Shown here in pieces: positions 1 to 8,475 of a DNA stretch of 15,230 nt. Source of the DNA: Azolla caroliniana (lineage: Eukaryota; Plantae; Polypodiophyta); the NCBI GenBank assembly GCA_043228905.1, contig JBHGNT010000808.1, positions 1-15,230 on the forward strand, in the 5' to 3' direction. The notes under the pieces were generated by a model. The model was not told the DNA's origin and ran no database searches. It worked only from the letters and a program-made list of their open reading frames with translations. The translations under genes and the position numbers were made by a program. Numbering within the stretch: the stretch's first letter is position 1; the number at the start of each line of letters is the position of its first letter.

Positions 1-371
1 ACATCTTTTGCAAGCCACAACAAAAACACCTTATTCACGAAGGTAAATCTCTCGCCCTCACTTTGGTTCAAAACAGGCTATTTGTTGAGATGAGTTTTAT
101 TTAGTTATTCAGTAGAGTCAAGCCATAATTGAGATGGGCTATAAGTTTAAACGATTTTGGAGACTTCGACAAATTCGAGATGGACGGGGCCGCGTTTGAA
201 CTGTTAAGAGACTGCGAGGTCATGAGTTCGATGCAACTGATGGGGTTGTGTGACAAAGTAGTTCATGAGAAGAGACATACAGTGCAATCGAAGACGTGGT
301 GAGAGGATAGATTTGAACAGACCGGTGTCTCATGCCGGTGGTGTGAGTGAAAATAGATTGATTCACTAGTA

Positions 372-379
372 GCCACGTA
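372..379 (+). promoter_or_regulatory. G-box/ABRE-like element GCCACGTA upstream of the DUF1499 gene
   Basis: ACGT core with a GCCAC half-site ~230 nt upstream of the ATG. Such sites are common in light-regulated plastid-protein promoters, but a short motif like this could occur by chance. Confidence 0.35.
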
Positions 380-448
380 GGACCCGTAGTAGCGAGAGAG
401 CAGAAAGAAAAAAGAAGAGGAGGCTATTCCTGCTCTTTCTTTTTTGTG

Positions 449-541
449 GAGGGGTATTTGGGGAATTATGGGAAACCAGGGGGAGAGGGGTATTTGTGGA
501 ATTAAGTGAAATCAGATGGAGAGGGGTATTTTGGGGAATTA
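449..541 (+). repeat. Degenerate 36-bp-period tandem repeat in the DUF1499 proximal promoter
   Basis: GAGGGGTATTT(T)G(G/T)GGAATTA at 449, 485 and 521. The spacers share GAAA.CAG...GGA. Confidence 0.85.
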
Positions 542-603
542 ACAAAAACCTACAAATTCAATCCTCAGAGAACAGAGAGGAGAGCAGAGCAGAGAACAGA
601 GCG

Positions 604-3600
604 ATGGAGGGACGCCATGCCCTCTCTTCATCTTCGTCGAGGTGAGTTATGTCTGTCTGATTACCCTGCCTCTTCTCTACAAACCACAGTGCGATCCTCC
701 CGTCTCTCTCAAATCCTTCTGTTTTTTGTTGTTGTTGTCGTTTGTAATCTTTTCAGCTTCTTCTCCAATCAAACCATCTCTCTACCTCCTCACAGAAAAA
801 CCCTAAGAATCATATCATTCTCTTCTTCTTCTTCTTCCACACCAAATTTAACAGTAACCATTTCTTCATGTCATCACGAACAACAGAATGATGGAAAGAA
901 TGTCAGCAAGTCAGCTCCTAAAACGAGCCGAAGGTAATTAGTTTAAACAAGCGATCGATTCAGCCGGTTCTCTTATTCAATTCTCTCCCAAATTGTGTTT
1001 TTTGTTTCTCTCGAAAATGTGATCAGCTATAGCTATGATCTGTATATTGAATGTTGGTTAATCTGCAGAGAAACCATTCTGCAAAGCAGTGGTGCTGCCA
1101 TTCTTCTGGCTTTTGTCAAGTTCAGGTATTCATTGTATTGAATTTGTGGTCAGTATACCTTTGTCAAGTTCACTTTGTGTTTAATTTGTGGTAAAAAGAG
1201 GAATTGATTGGTTTCTGTAATTTATATACATAATTTTATGATCGATCACATATTCACTTATTGCCATAGAAGTATCTATGGCAATTTTAATGATTTAGAG
1301 GCACTGAATACCTTTTCCTAGGTTTTAGATTAGGTCAATTTCCATTATCTTATTTTTATCATTTGATGCATTTCTTAAGAAGGATCTTATGCAATATCGT
1401 CTCGTGGTTGATTGGATGCCCAATGGCTATGGTGGTTCTAATAGTTAAGCTGCATTTGGCACCTTTTACTGAATGATTTTCTGTGTAGCATAGTGTGAAT
1501 CCACCATTTTTTCAATAATATTAATTTTTACTAGGACTATTAATGAGTAATGGTGTATATGTACAAGGTCTTATGGAAGGGTGTGAATGTAAACCTTAAA
1601 GGGCCTTATAGAGCAAATCCTCAATTGTCGCGCCTACATATAAAGGCACAAACTAAAACCATCTAAACATATATTTGAGTGTGTGAGAGATATGGATAGA
1701 TTCTATTATCGTCTTCGGAGGTCAAATATAACCTATGATCTATGAGACCAATAATATTACATTTCACGTGATACATGTGAAAGTGAGTAACGACTCTCGA
1801 TGTTGAAGAACTTTACCAATGAATGTTGCAATTGAGAGTGCCCATTGTGGTTGTGACAGAAATTTGTGCAAGGATTGAGCTTGGTCAAAGATGTGTGGAA
1901 AGCATGGTTGAATATGATCAAAGGTAGAGCATTGTATCAAAATGTGATACTTAGATTCTCGAACTTGTTTAGGGCAAAGTGTGTATAGTCGACCACTCTT
2001 ATCACTTGTGCCCCAACGCCTCGTCTTACATCACAATGCATGTGAGCTAAGTCGCAGGGACACAATGGTTTGAATGACAAATAATGGGATGGTCTCTAAC
2101 ATGTATCGATGTGTATGGTTTTCTTGTGCCGCAAAGAATATGGTTTTGTAGTTAGGTGCAACATGTGTAGTATAATGTGTGAAGCAAGAGCCTTTACATT
2201 TGTCCCATGCCATGATACATTGGCATTGCAAAAAGGCCTCATTTACAAAGGAATCTGGTGATGCATCATCAAGCAAGTGTGTTGCATCCCACCTACCAAA
2301 CCATTTTTCTATATCGTGCATCTAACCAAAATACATAATTTTGCTTTTATGTGTCTTTTAGATCTTTTTGCTTGCTTCCCATGCAATTTTAAGAAGTCAA
2401 CATGCGGGACTTTTTTGAATCTTAAGCATGTATTCAGCAACCCTTTCCATGGCCATGATCTCAATGGGAAGTGAACCCGTTTAAGGAGGAAGAGAGTGTA
2501 TGGTGTTTGTTTCTTAACTTGTAGAAACTTTATAAGAAAATGTTTTTTGACATTTTCAAACTCTTTCTAAGTAGATTTAAGGATGCTACCACCCCATAAA
2601 GAAGCATCGGTGTCACCAAAGTGTCAAAAAGGTATTTCTTGAGGACCCAATGCTTAATATCTCCATGTTTGCATGTGTTCTCAAATGCATAATATGCTCA
2701 CTTTTTTGCCTCTATGCGGCGTGTAACACATCCATTCCATCTATGATTTGAAGGAACTTCAAGGCCAAGATATTTGAAGCTTTCTGGACATTCAAGTGGC
2801 TTATTATTTTACATAATGCATGATTTATCTTTTTTTTGGCACTTCACAAGCATAATCTTTGTTTAGAGTTATTGACACTTAATTTAGTATGCATGCAATT
2901 TTTTTTCCAATGCCTTCATAAGCTTTTGTGCATCTCCTAAAGTATTTGTAAATAGCACTATATCAACCGTACATAGCAAAAGCATAATGACAACATTCCC
3001 AATGACAACTTATTTAACACATTCTTCCGTTACAAACTTGACAACCATTTCTTTTAATTCATCAATGCATAGACCAAATAGAGTTGGTGAGAGAGGGCAT
3101 CCTTGCTTAATACTAATAGTGCTATCAAAAAATTTGGAAAGTCTATCTCTCATACACACACAACATATAACCTTCTCTTATATTCGGGAAATTGCAAGCA
3201 TATATTCACTTGGCAGCTCGAGTTCTTCCATTCGTCTCCAAAGATGCTCACGAGGTACCATATCAAAAGCTTTCTTGAAGTTTACGAAATAATAATATAA
3301 ACCGTTACCTCTAAGGCAACTTTTCTTCATTAATACTCGAAGGGTGACAAAGTGATCAATGGTGCTATGGTGTTTTCGAAAGCCAACTTGTCTGTAAGCT
3401 CTCTTACCATTTTTTTCAGCCCATGCAGTTATCTTTGATTCAATTATACATCCAAATAGTTTTGCCATTAGCGAGCCAACCATGATGGTTCGATAGTTGT
3501 TTACATTATTTATATCTTCACATTTTTGTAAAGGTTTGATCCAATTTGTAGTCCAATCGTACAACATACTATGTTGTAATGCATGATTAAACATATTGCT

Positions 3601-6232
3601 TATCCATACATATGCTTCCTTTCTCGTCCATTTGAGCATTTCAACCTTAATACATTGAAGATCACTTACCTTTTGAGAGGCCAATTTCTTAAGTCCTATG
3701 CATATATCTTCAATTGTAAAGAAGGGAGACGTATATGACAGAGAACCGTAACATATCATCTTTTCGGTAAGAGATAGCTCATATAAATTCTTACAATTCA
3801 TAGATTAGTTGTGAAGAGTTAAGTCACCATAACTCAACACGTTTCTCCTTTATATTTCGCTTTCGCTTGCGTTTGGAGAAATTGTTGAGTAACATCCCAT
3901 ATTCTTCTTTTTCTTTGAATAAGCCTTTTGTACTCATGCAAATGCTTTTGGTAATTTTATTTATCCTTAACTACATCCAAGATCGTAAGGCGTTTTCGAG
4001 ATTCATGACATTCTTTTTTAAACTATTTTTTCTTTGAACTACATTGATTGGTACATTTCCAAGATGTGTAGTTGGTTGAAAAACATTTGTTCGTGCATGA
4101 GAGAATGAAGTTCTTAAAAGCTTCGCATTTGCATTCTAGTGTGGCATCTTTGTCATTTGTAACATATCCTCAACCATCTTGGAATACATGGGCACTTGCT
4201 TAAGGTTCATGTTCAAGAGAGAGAGGGGGGGAGAGAGAGAGAGCCCAAATGGATGTAACTCAGTTGATAAGGTTGCCCAATGGAGGCCAGGTCACAATAT
4301 GTTTTCATGTGGAAAAGAACTTCTAGATCTTGATGAGCTTCCTTGTGTATGGTGGATGCCAGAAAACAGGCTAAGTTCAAGCAGGTTTTTCAGGGCCATG
4401 TGTGTTGAACTAATTAAGATACTCATATTAAGAGCATTATGAAAAATAAGCTTCTATAGGAATGGAAGAAAAGATTTTGTAGAGGACTATAGATGTTGCA
4501 AATGCAGACCTCTTTATAGATTTGCAAGAATATTTTGCAATGGTGCCTTGAGGGCTAGATACATGTGTCCAGAGGATCAATGTACTGAAGGTCTTGCAAC
4601 TTGTGGATGACTAGTCTGATACATTGTCTTTGGTGGATTTATTTACATCCAGATCATGGAAAATCAGATTGCACACTTCAAGGTGGAATGTTAAAAGTTT
4701 TGGGATTAATGTAATGATGCATGAAAAGACTTGTTTGGAACTTGTCTGAGTGTCCCAGGTAAGGGAATCAAATCTCTCTTTTCAGAGAATAAGTATAAAT
4801 GGATATTCTTTGTTTTGATACGATAGAGAGTTGTATTGTTTCCTGCTTTGTGTGGATCTATGTGGTATTCGAGACAACATGCAAATTCACAAGTTTTAGG
4901 GTGTTTTAAGGTGACTTTTTAGGATGCAAGTATGGCTGGTATCTGCGTTGACTTTTTCTTCATGAGCTACTGTTATTGGTTGCATCCTGGATTTTTATTT
5001 AATCTTCATGTTAACCTAACTTGGAACCTAGTTGAGGCATTTTCCATTTATCTTTGCTTTGCTTCAATAAAAGTTTGATCTAGGACATTCCTTACATATT
5101 TCTTTATTAGACATAGAACTAACTAACATTACTATACTCAATAAGATTGTATCCTGTTAATCTAAGAGGCTTTAGGTGTGGTGATGGGAATTTCTTCTCG
5201 CAAAGCATGACTACGCTATTGTTCTTGAGTTAAGTGTCCATTTGCCTGGATGTGAGAAGGTGTAGCAGGAATTCCGTATAAAGTTTATAACTGAAATAAA
5301 AGTTCATGCATTATCTCTCATTTTGTAGTGGTAAAAGGCCCAACTATCTTGGAGTACAAAAGAATCCTCCTTCATTGGCTCTTTGTCCACCCACCCCGAA
5401 TTGTATCTCGACCTCCGAGGAATTGAACGATCCAAACCATTTTGTGCCACCTTGGTGTGTATCCAAAACAATGAAACGTAGTAATGATTGTAGATTCATG
5501 ATTGACAAGAGCACCATCCTCATTTTTCTCACTGTGCTTTGTAAGAGTAGGACTTACAACCCAGAGGATGGCCGGGGGAAAAAAAAACCAGTGTCTAGAG
5601 AACAAGCAATGAATGAGCTTTTGGAAGTGGTAAATGTTACAATCTCATAATATATATATATCTATATATATATATATAATGTAAAACTAACAGTATTTGT
5701 AGAATTCTCTATCTACATATTGCGAACAATAGGATGTAATATGTATTTCAAGAAGCAAACCAGTTAATCACACCTAATGATGTGTTTTGGCAGATCAAGT
5801 CTACCAAACCAGATAATTTCACTCCCAGGATTGTAGAACAAAGGGATGATTATGTGTATGTAGAATATGAGAGCCCATTGCTCGGGGTAAGTCTATCAAT
5901 GCCATGCCTTCTCATATATTTCTTTTAATTTTAAACTCGAATCCACTATTCTGAATCGTGATGTATTTATACAGTTTATAGACGATGTGGAATTCTGGTT
6001 TCCCCCAGGGAATCGGTCATTAGTTGAATACCGTTCTGCCTCACGCATTGGAAAGACAGATTTTGATATCAATCGAAAGCGAATAAGGGTATTTATCTAC
6101 CTTTCACTCACTGAATCAATCCCTATTGTTTTGTTAACGGCTTTTGGTGTGACTGACATTAAAACCCCTCATTCGTTGCAGGCTCTAAGATTGGCACTGG
6201 AAAAGAAGGGCTGGCAATCAGTTGGCTTTTGA
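604..6232 (+). CDS. DUF1499-family plastid/thylakoid protein, 8 exons: join(604..641,757..933,1069..1125,5329..5454,5551..5629,5794..5886,5975..6088,6182..6232), 244 aa
   Basis: All 7 introns are GT..AG and the phases join into one 735-nt frame ending at TGA 6230-6232. The spliced protein MEGRHALSSSSSSFFSNQ...SRRETILQSSGAAILLAFVKFSGKRPNYLGVQKNPPSLALCPPTPNCISTSE...PPWTYNP...DYVYVEYESPLLGFIDDVEFWFPPGNRSLVEYRSASRIGKTDFDINRKRIRALRLALEKKGW has the CPxxPNCxS and DDVEF...RSASRxGxxDFxxNRKR motifs of DUF1499 (recalled similarity to Arabidopsis At3g60810). The Ser-rich N-terminus looks like a transit peptide. Exon 1 is the least certain. Confidence 0.9.
1680..4200 (-). mobile_element. Degenerate 5'-truncated non-LTR retrotransposon (LINE ORF2: RT plus C-terminal zinc knuckle), RTE-X-like, inside DUF1499 intron 3
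   Basis: Minus-strand translation gives NYRTIMV, QVGFRKHHSTIDH and FVNFKKAFDMVPREHLW (ORF 3178..3801), IKQGCPLSPTLFGLCID (~3060-3110), a decayed LLYADD region (~2960-2990), YLGLE (~2760-2775), and SLRLSSHAL*CKTRRW..RLYTLC..ESKYHILIQC (~1925-2060). Many stops and frameshifts are present. No endonuclease domain is seen, and the boundaries are approximate. Confidence 0.88.
5650..5678. repeat. Interrupted (AT)n microsatellite in DUF1499 intron 5
   Basis: ATATATATATATCTATATATATATATATA. Confidence 0.9.
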
Positions 6233-7566
6233 TCTGTATAAAGGCGCATGCATTCGATGCAGTTTTCTTTTTTGAAATCCAATCTCAATATCAATACCCG
6301 ATGTTTATTTGAGTGGAATGTATGGTGATTCATATTGGAATAACATACTGATATGAAATGTTTGAAAGATGATAATCATCAATCCTTAATGTCTTTCCAT
6401 TCATTGAATGGCTCTCGAAATGTTGTCGGACTCGGCCATATTTGGCAATTTTACTTGTGAAGATGTATCTCTCGTTTCTCACCATTATTGGGTCTCGTTT
6501 GCAGTGTTGTTTTACATCAATCTCCTCACTTTGTGATATAAAGTGTGGCATTTTGGGGTGGTGTCCAATTCTTGAAAGATTGATCTCATCAAACTTTCAC
6601 CTAAATTTCAACCCCCTTTGTTCAGAGTTGATTGTATAAGTACCTATTCAGTATGATTGAGGGCAAAGACATCCTTCGTAATATTGCAAATGTAGACATG
6701 CTGTCAAATTATGTGAAAGAGTTGATGTTGAGTGTAAGGTTATGTTGTATTGGAGGAAGAAGCTCAAAGAAACTGTGCCAAAAGTGTGAACTCAAAGCAA
6801 AATAAAAAGATGCAATCAAGTTATTGGATGCACTTATGAGAAGCAATGAGAGTAGATCGATGATTGAGCACATGCACTTACGAGAAAGAGAAGGCATATG
6901 AAATGAAGAGTAGGAACATTCTCTTGTCCCTTACATCATCTCTATGAGATTTGACCTAGCCCATAGCAAGGGTCGAACACTGGGTTCTCTCAATTTTATG
7001 GTTTTGATGTGAGGAAGAGATAGAGAAGTTAGTTTGAATGCCATGTAGGAAATAAGGCATGACCTTTTCCACTAAAGAGGAAGAGATAGAACCATAGAAG
7101 TGTTGAGACAATGTCTCAAGATGGGATTGGTATGGGTCCCATCTCTTGCGTCACTAGAAAGTTGAGCATTGAACCATAAGCATTGGACAATACCTACATT
7201 TGTTTGACGATTTGTTCTTGTTAATTTTCCATAGGTAACTCTCCAAGAGGAGGGAGTCAAGCATTGAGATAATTATGATTCAAATGAAGTTGGAGAGGGA
7301 ACACTCACTAAGAGTAGTTATGATTTAATTTGATATAACAATGTCATTATTTATTATCCTTGTTGGGGTTTGGTTAGAGTATTTCTTGTTTGTGTTTTCT
7401 AATTTGGTTCTTCGACTCATTGTTTGTTGCAGAGGTGTTATAGTTGCACCATGATAATCTTGGTCTATTCTTTAAATATATCCTATTTGTCATTATTATC
7501 TATCCACTTTTCATTGAGTCACATTGTTTGGTTAATTTTGGAAAATTCGTTGTTGATAGAACCAAA

Positions 7567-7639
7567 GATCCTATGGCCTAATTAATAAGTTGTTGGTATT
7601 TGAAACCAAAGATTCAAGGTTCGACCCCTAGTAAGATTG
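7567..7639 (+). pseudogene. tRNA-Arg-derived pseudogene (anticodon position reads TTG)
   Basis: Colinear with 7934-8006 over 73 nt, but the invariant D-loop GG is lost (AATTAATA), position 32 is A, and the acceptor and T stems have mismatches. The B box GGTTCGACCC is intact. Confidence 0.8.
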
Positions 7640-7933
7640 GTTTAGAGACATGATCCTAGTCTACGAGATCAAAATTATGACAATCAAGAATCATGAACTC
7701 ATGATGCACATTCATTGCAATTGTCTAGAAAGTGTGATTTGATATCTCTATTGTTTTGGTTGAAGGCATTCATTTACGAGGACAATGTTATTTAGGGAAA
7801 GGAAATGGTTTATTTGACACAAATTCCTCATTAAAAGTCTATTCGACATGCTTGCACAAGGATTTTATCGAATCTTGTTCTTGCATTTGAATTAGATCCA
7901 TAAATGAAGTATAATTTTAAACAAAAAACCAAA

Positions 7934-8006
7934 GATCCTATGGCCCAATGGATAAGGCGCTAGTCTACGGAACCAGAGATTCTAGGTTCAATCCCTCGTA
8001 GGATCG
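7934..8006 (+). tRNA. tRNA-Arg(ACG), possibly a young pseudogene
   Basis: 73 nt: GATCCTA TG GCCCAATGGATAAGGC G CTAGT CTACGGA ACCAG AGATT CTAGG TTCAATC CCTCG TAGGATC G. The 7-bp acceptor stem is perfect, A and B boxes are present, anticodon ACG is at 7967-7969, and there is a CAA-containing A-rich 5' flank. The body resembles plant nuclear tRNA-Arg(ACG). There is one mismatch each in the anticodon and T stems, and only TTT directly downstream. Confidence 0.8.
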
Positions 8007-8475
8007 ATTTAGATTAGGTTCCCCGTTGGGAGGTTAGCAATACAATGATGGTGAAGCATTGAGTAATGTTGCACAATAAATACATTTATGTGGAAGGTCT
8101 AATATTACGTGTTTGAACGTAATCATCAACTGGGATGACGTTATCTATAGATTGGAAATCGTTTGTCCCTGGAACATATTAACAACTGCTTTCTTGCTTG
8201 GGCTCATCGTGCCTTGATTTGGTCTCGTTTGAGTACAAGTTAGTAGAGGCAAGGATTTGATGGCACCTAGTTGTTGTATGAGGTGTATTTGAATGTGGTC
8301 ATCAGGTAGGATGATGTCGTTTAAATATTAGAAATTTGTTTGAGGTAATCTAGATGAATACCACCATTAAATAGTTGCATATCTAGTACTTCTGATTTGA
8401 TTAGAGTATAATATTCAAGATTCAAACATGCAAAGTGACGTATGAGTGGAAGAATCTAGTTGTTGGTATGATGAG

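Noticed and set aside
186-246. tRNA/SINE-like GAGGTCATGAGTTCGATGC B-box
   Set aside because: There is no pairing T stem, acceptor stem or convincing A box.
449-541. CRISPR-like repeat-spacer array
   Set aside because: There are only three ~20-nt imperfect cores with 16-nt spacers that resemble each other, in a eukaryotic context with no cas genes.
506-937. ORF 506..937 as a stand-alone 143-aa gene
   Set aside because: It starts at GTG in the promoter repeat, spans intron 1, and its stop lies in the intron 2 donor. It is explained by DUF1499 exon 2.
2277-3300. Plus-strand ORFs 2277..2474, 2987..3292 and 3103..3300
   Set aside because: They are antisense shadows of the LINE ORF2 remnant.
6955-6995. 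Minus-strand GTTCGACCC B-box-like sequence
   Set aside because: The flanks do not form a T stem and no cloverleaf can be drawn.
7593-7609. Compensatory C-G to T-A change in the anticodon stem of copies 1 and 3 as evidence of selection
   Set aside because: Both changes (CTG->TTG, CAG->CAA) are what CHG-methylation-driven deamination would produce without selection.
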